Shown: positions 28,666 through 38,901 of the stretch, piece by piece
Layout of the letters: the number at the start of each line of letters is the position of its first letter
How positions within the stretch are numbered: the stretch's first letter is position 1
Virus record (IMG/VR): IMGVR_UViG_3300034198_024209
Coordinates: 1-64,000 of that record
DNA length: 64,000 nt
Reading direction: 5' to 3' (one strand)
Source of the DNA: a virus
Position numbers and translations under genes: made by a program
Notes under the pieces: model-generated
Told to the model about the DNA's origin: nothing
Database searches by the model: none
Seen by the model: only the letters and a program-made list of their open reading frames with translations

Positions 28666-29976
28666 ATGAATAAGTACGCCTCAGAATATTTTGGCCACAT
28701 CTTTCGAAAACTTGCTAGGCAGTTTTCTCCAGAAGTACTGGAATCCATGAGGCGTGCAATGGGTGATCCATCGATTGGATCTGCAGAGCAAACAGCTTAT
28801 AGAAAAGCTTACGAATCTGCTACCAAAGGAGTAAATACCGCTCCCACTATACTAAAACCGAATGTGCCGCAAGCCACGCCTAGCGCACTTGCCGCACCAT
28901 CCATCAAGCCTAGTGGCGCTGGCGCTGGGGTGCCTCCAGTAGCTGGAAATATGGCTGCGCCATCGAACTGGTCTAGATTAATGATGAAAGGCGTTCCAGC
29001 CAAGAATTTAGTAGCAGGGGGGCTTGCGGGAGCCGGAATTGGATTAGCAGCCGATGCAGTTACACCACAATTTTCTGGTGGTGGCTACTGGTCTGAAGTG
29101 GGCAACCAATTAAGAAGCTACGGAATTGATACAGCCTCTAGTGCAGCTGGCGCTGGAATAGCTACTGGTGGGGCTGGTTTATTGCCTGGGGCAGTTTGGG
29201 GTGCTGGTTCCAATTTGGTCGGAAAGCTAGTTGATGTTGGGACCGGATTGAATGAGTTGTACAACCCGAAAAGCGAACTCAACCAAGGGGTCGCAGAGAC
29301 AAGAGAGAGAAACAATCGCTTAGACGCGCAAAACGCTCTTAGAAATAATCCACTGCCAAAGCCTAGTTCGTCAGGAAAGCTTTCAGACGGTCAGTTAGCA
29401 AATATGGCGGGGGTTGGGTTTGCAGGTGATCTACCGCAAAATGCTATAAATAATGCAAATCAGACTACTCCTCTCCCGCCAATAAACCCTAGTACAGATA
29501 CAAACAATGGACCTATACCTACTCCTACTCCTGCTGTTACACCTGCTGGGAGCGTAAACAACGATCTCCCTGCTCCAGTACCTAGCCCAGTTCCTTCTCC
29601 AGTCTCAGTTCCTAGCACTGCGCCTTCTCCAGCGCCCATTCAAACGACTCCACAAGTTGTAGATAATAAACCAAGTGTTGCTCAGGATCAGGTTGCGAAA
29701 CAGCAACCAGCCAATAAACCGAAAACGCAGCAAAAAGTAAATCCTTTAAAACAGGTTAACTTCAAGCCACAAGTTCCTAATCCGGTATTAAAACCAACCT
29801 CTGTTAAACCTAAAGCTGTTGTACAGAACAGCAGACTTGGAGGCCCCTTAGGCACTGTTTCAAATGTTTTTGGCAGACTTGGAGATACAATGCAAAATGC
29901 GGCAAGTGGCAGATTAGGAAAAGGAGATCAATTAAGGCAGACCAGTTTATTACCCGGGCAAAACAAAAGAAGGTAA
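28666..29976 (+). CDS. Gly/Ala/Pro-rich, probably virion-associated protein
   Basis: Low complexity, glycine-zipper-like stretches, MNKY...KLA leader. Confidence 0.65.
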   Translation: MNKYASEYFGHIFRKLARQFSPEVLESMRRAMGDPSIGSAEQTAYRKAYESATKGVNTAPTILKPNVPQATPSALAAPSIKPSGAGAGVPPVAGNMAAPSNWSRLMMKGVPAKNLVAGGLAGAGIGLAADAVTPQFSGGGYWSEVGNQLRSYGIDTASSAAGAGIATGGAGLLPGAVWGAGSNLVGKLVDVGTGLNELYNPKSELNQGVAETRERNNRLDAQNALRNNPLPKPSSSGKLSDGQLANMAGVGFAGDLPQNAINNANQTTPLPPINPSTDTNNGPIPTPTPAVTPAGSVNNDLPAPVPSPVPSPVSVPSTAPSPAPIQTTPQVVDNKPSVAQDQVAKQQPANKPKTQQKVNPLKQVNFKPQVPNPVLKPTSVKPKAVVQNSRLGGPLGTVSNVFGRLGDTMQNAASGRLGKGDQLRQTSLLPGQNKRR

Positions 29977-29993
29977 CAAATAAAGTATTTTTT

Positions 29994-30026
29994 AAAAAGC
30001 CTCCATAATTTCATGGAGGCTTTTTT
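29994..30026 (+). terminator. Intrinsic terminator
   Basis: AAAAAGCCTCCAT-AATTTC-ATGGAGGCTTTTTT. Confidence 0.8.
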
Positions 30027-30033
30027 ATTTAAG

Positions 30034-30384
30034 ATGAAAACAAAAAATAAAAAAAAAGACAGTTTTGTGTATTTAGTTTATTGTAACCCAGCCCCACAAT
30101 TAGTTTATGGGGTATATAAATCAAAACATGACGCAGTACGATATGCCCTATCTTTGATAAGGTACAGAAGAGAAAGGGCTACATCAAAAAACAAAAAGTT
30201 TGGTTATTACCACTTCCATCCACTACCACAAGAGAACCAGCTTTTGCGAATGAAAAATAAAGATAGTCATTGTTATTATGATTCATGCATCTTTACTGTT
30301 TGCATATCAGTTCCAGATGAAAAAAATAAGGAGTGGGGAGACGATTCATGTCATATTAGAGTTGTCAGAAGAGTTTTAACATAA
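30034..30384 (+). CDS. Hypothetical protein
   Basis: Start placed after the terminator (MKTKNK). Confidence 0.55.
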   Translation: MKTKNKKKDSFVYLVYCNPAPQLVYGVYKSKHDAVRYALSLIRYRRERATSKNKKFGYYHFHPLPQENQLLRMKNKDSHCYYDSCIFTVCISVPDEKNKEWGDDSCHIRVVRRVLT

Positions 30385-30522
30385 AAATTTTTATTTTATG
30401 ATTTTTGCTTTTATTTTTTATTGTGAAACAATGTTTTATAAGATAAAACGAGCCATACGTAAAATGTTTTGACACCCTTTTTTTAGGATGTACTATAACA
30501 AAACTCAATCAACACATAAATT

Positions 30523-31134
30523 ATGCAACAAACACACACAGGAAGCAGTCAAGTCTTTAGGTACGACAATGTTTTAGGCCCACAAACGTGCAATGAAATT
30601 TGCACCTATCTATTGAGGGAGAAAGGGGAGCATATGTCAAGCGACTCTGAATTATTGCCATGGAGAGAAAACGATGTTTTCAATTATAGAAATATGGCTG
30701 ATTACAATTTAATTAATAAAATTAATCTACACAGGCATGCAGTAAAAAATTTGGTAATGATGTCATTTAAGCAAATGGCATATATAGAATACACTGATTT
30801 AGTTGTCTGGAGAACTGGAAAGTCGCAAGACAGGCACAAGGACAATGGATACAAAGAAAACGATTCATTGAAAAATAGAAAGTTTACAACCGTAACGTAT
30901 CTTAATGAATCTTTTGTGGGAGGCAATACATTCATACAGACAGAAAACGGAGACGATTATATAAGTTTTCCTAAGCAGGGGTCTGTTGTGCTGTATTACG
31001 CAGACGAAAGAGCTACGCATGGAGTAACTGAGGTTGAGAGTGGAATAAGATTTACTCTTCCAATCTGGTTTTGTACAGATTATTTCGTCAGCGAAGAAGA
31101 AAGATATAGGGCTCAAGACAATATTTTTAATTAA
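30523..31134 (+). CDS. 2OG-Fe(II) oxygenase (prolyl-4-hydroxylase-like)
   Basis: HKD, YLNESFVGG, HGVTEV, RFTLPIW. Confidence 0.88.
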   Translation: MQQTHTGSSQVFRYDNVLGPQTCNEICTYLLREKGEHMSSDSELLPWRENDVFNYRNMADYNLINKINLHRHAVKNLVMMSFKQMAYIEYTDLVVWRTGKSQDRHKDNGYKENDSLKNRKFTTVTYLNESFVGGNTFIQTENGDDYISFPKQGSVVLYYADERATHGVTEVESGIRFTLPIWFCTDYFVSEEERYRAQDNIFN

Positions 31135-31163
31135 ATATTTTGTCTTGAGTCTTTAAGCAAAAA

Positions 31164-31238
31164 CGGAGCGTAGCTTAGCCTGGCTAGAGCGCCTGGTTTG
31201 GGACCAGGAGGTCGCGAGTTCGAATCTCGCCGCTCCGA
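31164..31238 (+). tRNA. tRNA-Pro(UGG)
   Basis: CGGAGCG acceptor, CCTGG-TTTGGGA-CCAGG, GTTCGAATC. Confidence 0.95.
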
Positions 31239-31275
31239 TTTACCAATAAACACAATTAGTTAAACAACATAAAAA

Positions 31276-31806
31276 ATGACAAAAGAACTGGAAAACATAA
31301 CAAACCAAACAGTAGAGATTCCAATTAAAGAAAAACGTAAAATAGAGTTTGTCCAGCCAACAAAGATTAAGCTTGGTTATTCTTTTAATGAATCCATGGG
31401 GTTAGGTGTTTTTGCAACAAAAGACATAGAACCTGGAGAATTGATAGAAAGATGCTATATGGTTCAATTGGCTGATAGATCTAGATACCAACATGATCGA
31501 CAAATTAAAAGATATCTGTACACAAATAGGTGCTCATGTCAGCAGTGCATGATACATGGAGTCCACATGAACATGGTACTTGGATACGGGATGATATATA
31601 ACCACCAAGACGAACCAAATACAGAGTGGAATTTTAAATGGGCAGATGATTATGCAGATATTATTTGCGTAAAGCAAATAAAAGAAGGACAAGAGATATT
31701 TGTTTATTATGGGTCGAGTTATTTCAAGGGGCGTGAATACTTTTCACAATCTGGAGACTCTGTGATACCTGAATTCAAGGGAGAAGATACTTTAATTGAA
31801 ACTTAG
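31276..31806 (+). CDS. SET-domain methyltransferase
   Basis: GLGVFATKDI.PGELI, YNHQDEPN, EIFVYYG. Confidence 0.9.
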   Translation: MTKELENITNQTVEIPIKEKRKIEFVQPTKIKLGYSFNESMGLGVFATKDIEPGELIERCYMVQLADRSRYQHDRQIKRYLYTNRCSCQQCMIHGVHMNMVLGYGMIYNHQDEPNTEWNFKWADDYADIICVKQIKEGQEIFVYYGSSYFKGREYFSQSGDSVIPEFKGEDTLIET

Positions 31807-32239
31807 GATATACACCGATGGTGCGTGCTCAGGCAACCCAGGCCCAGGTGGATATTCAGCCATTATAAAACTAGAAGATGGAACTAGTTATGAATTAAGC
31901 GAAGGATACAAAAATACAACAAATAATCGAATGGAATTAAGGGCAGCAATTGCTGCCCTTAAATTTGTGTTGATTCACAAACAAAATGAAGTTGTATTGT
32001 ATTCTGACTCAAAATATATCACAGATGCGGTAAATCAAGGCTGGATACTAAACTGGAAAAATCGTAATCTGGCTGGAGTAAAGAACCCAGATCTTTGGAG
32101 GCAATTTATTGAGTTGATTGATCAATTTGATAAATTGTTTTTTGTCTGGGTTAAAGGACACAATGGACACGAAGAAAATGAACAATGTGATGAACTAGCA
32201 AGAAACGCAATAAAGGGAGTCCTTTTGGACGACATCTAA
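31796..32239 (+). CDS. rnhA: Ribonuclease HI
   Basis: YTDGACSGNPGPGG, TNNRMEL, SDSKY, WVKGH..NE.CD. Confidence 0.97.
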   Translation: MKLRIYTDGACSGNPGPGGYSAIIKLEDGTSYELSEGYKNTTNNRMELRAAIAALKFVLIHKQNEVVLYSDSKYITDAVNQGWILNWKNRNLAGVKNPDLWRQFIELIDQFDKLFFVWVKGHNGHEENEQCDELARNAIKGVLLDDI

Positions 32240-32260
32240 TTAAACATAAATAATAGATAT

Positions 32261-33244
32261 ATGAATACATTAAAGATATTTGATGAACAAATTTCAAGAA
32301 AACCAAATCTTTATCCTTGGACGGATAAATTTATTGAAGCCATGCATAATGGATTCTGGACAGATAAAGAATTTAATTTTAAGTCGGATGTTCAGGATTT
32401 TGCAGTAAAGCTAACTGAGCAAGAAAAACAAATTATAATACGTACTTTATCTGCAATAGGGCAGATAGAGGTTGCAGTAAAAACATTTTGGGCCAAACTT
32501 GGGGAAAATTTACCTCATCCATCCTTATCTGATTTAGGTTATGTGATGGCCAATGTCGAAGTAATACATAATAACGCTTACGAAAGATTGATTTCAGTGT
32601 TGGGGCTGGAGAGCGTGTTTGAAGAAAACTTAAAACTAGAATGGATACAAGGTAGAGTGAAATATCTCAAAAAATACACACACAGATTCTACAAGGACAG
32701 TAAAAAACAATATCTATATGCCCTCATCTTGTTCACCTTGTTTGTTGAAAATGTTTCCCTATTTTCTCAGTTCTATGTAATTAACTGGTTCTCTACATTT
32801 AAAAATGTTTTAAAAGATACCGATCAACAAGTTAAATATACTAGAAATGAAGAAAATATACATGCACTAGTTGGTATTAAAATAATAAATACCATAAAGC
32901 AAGAGTATCCAGACATTTTCGACAAAGAATTAGAAGAAAAAATTCTAGAAGAAGCTCAGGAAGCTTTTATCTCAGAATCAAAGATAATTGATTGGATGGT
33001 GAATGGAATAAATGAGAATGGTCTGTCTGCAGATACATTAAAGGAATTTATCAAGAATAGAATTAATAATTCCTTGAATCAAATAGGATTAAAATCTGTA
33101 TTTGAAATAGATAAAGATAAAATTGCTTCTACTGTTTGGTTTGATGAACAGTTGTTGGCAAATAATATGACAGACTTCTTTCATTCAAGACCAGTTGACT
33201 ATTCCAAGAAATCACAATCATTTTCAGAAGATGATTTATTTTAA
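32261..33244 (+). CDS. nrdB: Ribonucleotide reductase class I beta subunit
   Basis: EVIHNNAY, EENIH, DFFHSRPVDY. Confidence 0.95.
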   Translation: MNTLKIFDEQISRKPNLYPWTDKFIEAMHNGFWTDKEFNFKSDVQDFAVKLTEQEKQIIIRTLSAIGQIEVAVKTFWAKLGENLPHPSLSDLGYVMANVEVIHNNAYERLISVLGLESVFEENLKLEWIQGRVKYLKKYTHRFYKDSKKQYLYALILFTLFVENVSLFSQFYVINWFSTFKNVLKDTDQQVKYTRNEENIHALVGIKIINTIKQEYPDIFDKELEEKILEEAQEAFISESKIIDWMVNGINENGLSADTLKEFIKNRINNSLNQIGLKSVFEIDKDKIASTVWFDEQLLANNMTDFFHSRPVDYSKKSQSFSEDDLF

Positions 33245-33269
33245 AGAACAACAAACAAAAAAACAATAA

Positions 33270-33548
33270 ATGGAAAAAGATATATATATTCCTTTTACTG
33301 CAGCTCAATATGCAGAAGGACTAGAACTACAAGCAATTTTAGTAAAATGCAAAGAATGCATAGATGATCTTTTTGGTGAAGGATACTCCAAAACTAACCC
33401 AGCTCTTGTTGGATCAATGTTTCAGGGCATTCTTCACTCTTATGACAATACTCAGCTCTTACAGCACTTAAGTACTATAAATAAAACTATAGAGTGGGTA
33501 GGAGAGAAGATACAACATCACGCATATGTTTGTGCAAAACATTTATGA
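33270..33548 (+). CDS. Hypothetical protein
   Basis: ORF between nrdB and nrdA. Confidence 0.55.
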   Translation: MEKDIYIPFTAAQYAEGLELQAILVKCKECIDDLFGEGYSKTNPALVGSMFQGILHSYDNTQLLQHLSTINKTIEWVGEKIQHHAYVCAKHL

Positions 33549-35242
33549 AAAAAGACTGTTATTGGCTAAATAAAGACTCTAGAAAATTCCTTGAAAGAGG
33601 ATATTTGTTAGAGGGCGAATCCCCAGAGGATCGTATAGATGATATATGTAAAGCAGCTTCGAAAATCCTAAACAGCTACAAAATTTTATTAAGTGATGAT
33701 GTAGATAAAACATTGTTTCAAGATTTTGAGGAAAAATTTAGCGATTACCTTTGCAGAGGATTCTATTCATTGAGTTCGCCCATTTGGGCGAACTTTGGTA
33801 GAGATAGGGGGCTGCCCATAAGTTGTTTTGGTAGCTTTATTCCAGACAGCATGGAGGGGATAATGTATAAGCTTGCTGAGGTCGGCATGATGACAAAATA
33901 TGGTGGTGGTACATCTGCTTTCTTTGGCGATCTGAGAGGTAGGGGGGACTCTATCTCGTCTGGTGGCGAGTCTACTGGATCAGTGCATTTTATGGAGTTA
34001 TACAATAAGCTGATGAATGTAGTCTCTCAAGGCAACGTTCGCCGAGGGTCATTTGCTGCGTATCTTACTATCGATCACAAAGATATTAATGAGTTTCTTC
34101 AAATTAGGGACGAGGGACATGAGATCCAGCAGATGTCTTTTGGAGTTTGTGTTAGCGACGGTTGGATGAAAGAAATGGTGGCAGGAGACAAAGAAAAAAG
34201 AAAGATATGGGGAAAGGTAATTCAAAAACGATTTGAAACTGGATACCCGTATATATTCTTTAAGGATAATGCTAATAATAATGCTCCATCTATCTACAAA
34301 GAAACTGATCGTCAAATTTATGCTAGTAACTTATGCTCTGAAATAATGCTATCAAGCTCAGTAAATGAATCATTTGTTTGTAATTTGTCATCATTAAACC
34401 TAGAGAAATGGGATGAGCTAGTCCAAACAGACGCAATTGAAATACTTGTGGTATTTCTTGATGCGGTCATGCAAGAATTTATAACAAAAACCACTGGAAA
34501 TACATTCATGCAACACGCTCATCAATTTGCTGTTAATCAACGTGCATTAGGTATTGGTGTGTTGGGGTGGCACTCATACCTACAATTGAATATGACCTCT
34601 TTTGAGGGTATGGAAGCTAAATTAAAGAATGCCGAAATCTGGAAAACCATCAGGACTAGATGTGATTCTGCTACAGAAAGATTAGCCAGAACCTTTGGAG
34701 TTGCCCCGATATACAGTGGCTCAAAGGAGGTTAGACGCAATACCACAACATTAGCTGTTGCCCCCACAACAAGCTCTAGTTTTATATTGGGTCAAGTATC
34801 TCCATCGATTGAGCCTCTTAGCAGTAATTATTTTGTGAAAGACCTTGCCAAAGGAAAATTCACATACAAGAATAATTATTTGAAGAAGTTGCTCAAATCA
34901 ATGGGTCAAGATACTGACGAGACATGGTCTTCAATTCTGGTGAATGGTGGATCTGTTCAGCATCTTGATTTTTTATCACAACAAGAAAAAGATGTATTTA
35001 AAACCTTTGAGGAAATCTCACAACTTGAAATTGTGAATCAAGCAATTCAAAGACAAAAATACATTGATCAAGGTCAATCACTAAATTTGATGATACCATC
35101 AAACACAAAGCCGAAAGATGTAAATGAGTTATTGATTCATGGTTGGGAGAACGGTATAAAAGCGTTTTACTATCAAAGAAGCTCTAACCCTTCTCAAAAG
35201 TTGGCCAGATCTATTTTGTCTTGTAAATCCTGTGAGGCTTAA
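33545..35242 (+). CDS. nrdA: Ribonucleotide reductase class I alpha subunit (no ATP cone)
   Basis: PISCF, SNLCSEI, APTTSSS, FYYQR, C-terminal CKSCEA; ATG 33545 in frame with listed ORF. Confidence 0.95.
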   Translation: MKKDCYWLNKDSRKFLERGYLLEGESPEDRIDDICKAASKILNSYKILLSDDVDKTLFQDFEEKFSDYLCRGFYSLSSPIWANFGRDRGLPISCFGSFIPDSMEGIMYKLAEVGMMTKYGGGTSAFFGDLRGRGDSISSGGESTGSVHFMELYNKLMNVVSQGNVRRGSFAAYLTIDHKDINEFLQIRDEGHEIQQMSFGVCVSDGWMKEMVAGDKEKRKIWGKVIQKRFETGYPYIFFKDNANNNAPSIYKETDRQIYASNLCSEIMLSSSVNESFVCNLSSLNLEKWDELVQTDAIEILVVFLDAVMQEFITKTTGNTFMQHAHQFAVNQRALGIGVLGWHSYLQLNMTSFEGMEAKLKNAEIWKTIRTRCDSATERLARTFGVAPIYSGSKEVRRNTTTLAVAPTTSSSFILGQVSPSIEPLSSNYFVKDLAKGKFTYKNNYLKKLLKSMGQDTDETWSSILVNGGSVQHLDFLSQQEKDVFKTFEEISQLEIVNQAIQRQKYIDQGQSLNLMIPSNTKPKDVNELLIHGWENGIKAFYYQRSSNPSQKLARSILSCKSCEA

Positions 35243-35261
35243 AACACATATTTCACAAACT

Positions 35262-35558
35262 ATGAAAGCTATATTAGAGTTCGATTTGCCAGAAGATTCA
35301 AATGACCATGAATGTGCCGTAAAGGGCATTGAAATGAGAATCCTAATCAGTGACCTTTTAAATGAAATCCGCAGTAAACTAAAATACGACGGGGGTGAGT
35401 TTGCTGGTCAATGGTGTGTTGAAGAATATAAAGAAAGTGAATCTGGAGAGTATATTTCTGAAAAGGTTGATAAAACTGCTTGTGATCATACCCTTGAAAA
35501 AGTGAGAGATTGGTTAATAAAAGAAATGACTGAAAGAAACATTCCTGAGTTAATATAA
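35262..35558 (+). CDS. Hypothetical phage protein
   Basis: MKAILEFDLPED start within the listed ORF. Confidence 0.6.
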   Translation: MKAILEFDLPEDSNDHECAVKGIEMRILISDLLNEIRSKLKYDGGEFAGQWCVEEYKESESGEYISEKVDKTACDHTLEKVRDWLIKEMTERNIPELI

Positions 35559-36051
35559 GTATGCTGGCTTATATACAAAAAAAAATACCGTTTAAGGTAT
35601 CACTTATACAAAATAAAAATAAAAGTTGGCATAAACCTGTATGCGTAAGATCTAGAATGCTTATGGATGGAAGGCTAAAGCCACAAGAGTTTCATTGGAT
35701 GATATTCTCAATCCACCTGAAATATATTAAATAAAATATTTATGAGATTTGTAAATAAAGCTAAATATTATTTTAGGAGATTTCTTATGAGATTTCTTAA
35801 TCTTTGTCCGTATTGCCTGTCAAAAGTAAACGAGACAAGAAATAGAACATATATTTGTCCTATTTGTAATCATAGATCTAACTTATAGAAGTAAGTTTAT
35901 TAAGTGGGGCAACAACTCGTTGCCCCACTTGGGGCAATGAGAGCATAATAACTTATTGCAATCCATTTTTTGTTATAAAAATGCATACATATTTGTAACA
36001 AAAAAAGTATCAAAATCCTGCAATCAAAATCTACCACCACACACCAAACAC

Positions 36052-37011
36052 ATGCAACTTGAGCTAGATCAACAACCTAAAGTTAAACTCGTTTCAGTAA
36101 CACAACCGCTAGTTAAAAATATTGGGACAGCCGAAGAGTTGATAGTTTATTGCGCTAGAGTATCAAATCCAGATAATCAATTAAATAAAGAAACCTCCGC
36201 AAAACTCCTAAATTATTGTATAGATCATGGGCATTGGTCTCCTTTTGAAATGGCTTCAATGACTGTAGAGATAACAACCTCTAGAGCCATAGCCGCTCAA
36301 ATACTTAGACATAGAAGTTTTAGTTTTCAAGAGTTCTCACAAAGGTATTCCAGTGTATCCGGTGCACAAGAATTGACATGGAGAGCTCAGGGAAAAACCA
36401 ATAGACAGGTTGGAGAGGAAGAAATTGAATTGTCTGAAAAACTTAAAGAAAAAATTTATCTATCTCAACGTCTTTCGCTTGATGTATATAACAGCTTACT
36501 AGAGGAAGGTGTGGCAAGGGAGTGTGCAAGGATGATCCTTCCGCTCAATACCTCCACTACTCTATATATGACAGGCACAGTAAGGTCTTGGATCCACTAT
36601 CTTGACCTTAGGCTTGATGCATCTACTCAAATGGAGCATCAAATTATAGCACAAAAAATAAAAGATATTTTTATTGGTGAGTTCCCAGTAGTATCAGATG
36701 CACTTGGTTTTCAATGTATAGATTGCTCTAATGTAAATTTAAGCGAATTACATGAACAAATAATCAGCAATTTTTATGTTGCAGATCAAATGTGGAGTAC
36801 CAATTGCATAAACTTTAATGTAAGTGAAATTAAAAGACTTAGCCTTGGCGAATATTACTTTGAAGTCAGGGGCGAACCAGTAAATGGGTTAGATGACCTT
36901 GGTTCGACCATAGTTGGAGTAATGAAGATTATTGACGGTGAATATATCGTAGACTACTGCGAAGTTAATAAAATAGGAGAACACAAAAAATTAGCTTATG
37001 AAAATTATTAA
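36052..37011 (+). CDS. thyX: Flavin-dependent thymidylate synthase with C-terminal extension
   Basis: HWSPFE, RHRSFSFQEFSQRY, ARMILP, TQMEH. Confidence 0.95.
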   Translation: MQLELDQQPKVKLVSVTQPLVKNIGTAEELIVYCARVSNPDNQLNKETSAKLLNYCIDHGHWSPFEMASMTVEITTSRAIAAQILRHRSFSFQEFSQRYSSVSGAQELTWRAQGKTNRQVGEEEIELSEKLKEKIYLSQRLSLDVYNSLLEEGVARECARMILPLNTSTTLYMTGTVRSWIHYLDLRLDASTQMEHQIIAQKIKDIFIGEFPVVSDALGFQCIDCSNVNLSELHEQIISNFYVADQMWSTNCINFNVSEIKRLSLGEYYFEVRGEPVNGLDDLGSTIVGVMKIIDGEYIVDYCEVNKIGEHKKLAYENY

Positions 37012-37354
37012 AAAACAATATCAGCCAGAAGAGAATGAATATATAAATGATTTTACTGGTGTATCATTTTCGGAATTTGACCCAGGCTGTACTTTAAAAA
37101 TCAGTTTTGGTTATGGATCAGAGTTTGATGGAGCCAAAATTCAATTGGACTTAACAGATGAAGATGTTAAACCGATTCTTGAAATGATTAGAGGTAAATT
37201 ATGCCATCAAACTAAAGGTTACTTAGAACAAAAATTGAGTGAAACGGAAGACAATTATGATGCAGCAATGCAAACCAGAGACTGGGGTGCATGTGATTTA
37301 GTAGGTAATTGTATGTCTCTGTATAGATTCTTGTTGGATAAAAAATACGAATAA
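36998..37354 (+). CDS. Hypothetical protein
   Basis: Tight packing. Confidence 0.6.
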   Translation: MKIIKKQYQPEENEYINDFTGVSFSEFDPGCTLKISFGYGSEFDGAKIQLDLTDEDVKPILEMIRGKLCHQTKGYLEQKLSETEDNYDAAMQTRDWGACDLVGNCMSLYRFLLDKKYE

Positions 37355-37896
37355 TGAATATATTTGTAATTGACTTAGACCCACGAATTGCTGCAAGGCA
37401 CTTAGTGGATAAGCATATATCAAAGATGATCACTGAAACAGCACAAATACTGTCTAATTGTTTTACATTAGGCAGGATGGCTATGAGTGACTGCCCAAGA
37501 AATCAGAAAGGTGAAGCTAGAAAACATTCATATCCACATCATCCATGCTGCAAATGGGCTCCACAATCCAGAGACAACATGAGATGGTTGGTAGAACATG
37601 CAAGAGAGATGGACATAGAAAGAATTCAGCGATTTGGCAAAGTAGATGCACACTTTTCTGTTCGCTTTATCAATTGGGCTTTTGACAACCTATCAAGCTC
37701 AATAGCCCCTGAGAGTGGGCTAACCCAGTTCGCGCAGGCGATGCCTGATGAGTATAAAAGTGATAATGCGGTAGACGCATATAGATCTTATTATTCTCTC
37801 GGAAAGGCACATCTGCATAAATGGACAAGAAATAAACCAAATTGGATAGAAGAAATAATAAATGGACACAAAATTAGAGAAGGAATTATCGGATAA
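37354..37896 (+). CDS. Pyrimidine-dimer DNA glycosylase/DenV-family-like protein
   Basis: MNIF..D.DP..AA...DKH..KM..E.AQ.L; HPC..W; AQAMPD..K; AYRSYY. Confidence 0.7.
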   Translation: MNIFVIDLDPRIAARHLVDKHISKMITETAQILSNCFTLGRMAMSDCPRNQKGEARKHSYPHHPCCKWAPQSRDNMRWLVEHAREMDIERIQRFGKVDAHFSVRFINWAFDNLSSSIAPESGLTQFAQAMPDEYKSDNAVDAYRSYYSLGKAHLHKWTRNKPNWIEEIINGHKIREGIIG

Positions 37897-38341
37897 ATAT
37901 CCCAAAATACTTAGATACATGGACGGAGACCCAATGATTACTTGCATGGCCTTTGGAATAGAATGCAACAATGGATGGTATTCATTGATAGATAGATGTA
38001 TGGGAAAACTTCAGTATTTCTGCGACACATGCACTAAGATGGGAAACCCAATTCAGGTAGTTGCTGACCAGATCAAAGAGAAATATGGAACACTTCGTTT
38101 CTATTTTAGTGTTGATGGAGAAGAGAATGACTATCAGATTCAATATTCAATTATTGAAGATATAATAAATGGCGCTGAAGCTGAGGCTGCACATACATGC
38201 GAAATAACCGGAGAAAACGGGTCCTTATGCAAAAAGGGTGCATGGTATAAAACACTGTGCAGGCAAAGCGCAAAGCAGCATGGATACGTAGCCTCAGACA
38301 TACAGCTACAAAAATATTGGGACTCACTAGAAAAAATATAA
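37862..38341 (+). CDS. Hypothetical phage protein
   Basis: GW..LI, QIKEKYGTLRFY, TCE.TG...WYKTLC. Confidence 0.7.
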   Translation: MDTKLEKELSDKYPKILRYMDGDPMITCMAFGIECNNGWYSLIDRCMGKLQYFCDTCTKMGNPIQVVADQIKEKYGTLRFYFSVDGEENDYQIQYSIIEDIINGAEAEAAHTCEITGENGSLCKKGAWYKTLCRQSAKQHGYVASDIQLQKYWDSLEKI

Positions 38342-38343
38342 CA

Positions 38344-38652
38344 ATGAGTGACGAAGATATTGACGAATATGCGTTTTATAAGAGTGGATTATCATCTCAT
38401 GGATGTCTTGAAAATTTAGATAAATATGCAAGAGATGCAATTACTGAATATGGCAAAATTATTCGTAGAATGCAGCTAGAAAAAATAAAGAACGGTTTTC
38501 AGGGGTGTTGTTATGCATGTGAAGTGGTTGGGATCACCAATCAAAAGCTAGAATCCAAGATATCTAAAATGGAGGAATCTATAAATAAACTTGGCGAAAC
38601 AATAGAAATAATGGACAACTTAATAAAGTCATACAAAAAAGATGGAAATTAA
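38344..38652 (+). CDS. Hypothetical protein
   Basis: MSDEDIDE start within the listed ORF. Confidence 0.55.
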   Translation: MSDEDIDEYAFYKSGLSSHGCLENLDKYARDAITEYGKIIRRMQLEKIKNGFQGCCYACEVVGITNQKLESKISKMEESINKLGETIEIMDNLIKSYKKDGN

Positions 38653-38893
38653 ATTATTAAGAAATCAGACAAGCAACATACATACATTTGCTGTTAGATA
38701 TGAAGACAGCAAAGAGTATTTAGTTAATATAGTTAAGCAAGGTGACATAAAAACAGTTGAGTCTGTTTCTCACCGTGGAGTAGAGCTTAATCAAACCAAT
38801 GAGCAGGAAAACGCTATTAAAAGTAGTATTCTTGAGGCAGTTGAATTAGAGATTTTAAAAAATAAAACCCAATCAACTCTAACTACTACCTAA
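38642..38893 (+). CDS. Hypothetical protein
   Basis: ORF track. Confidence 0.55.
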   Translation: MEIKLLRNQTSNIHTFAVRYEDSKEYLVNIVKQGDIKTVESVSHRGVELNQTNEQENAIKSSILEAVELEILKNKTQSTLTTT

Positions 38894-38901
38894 CAAACAA
38901 A

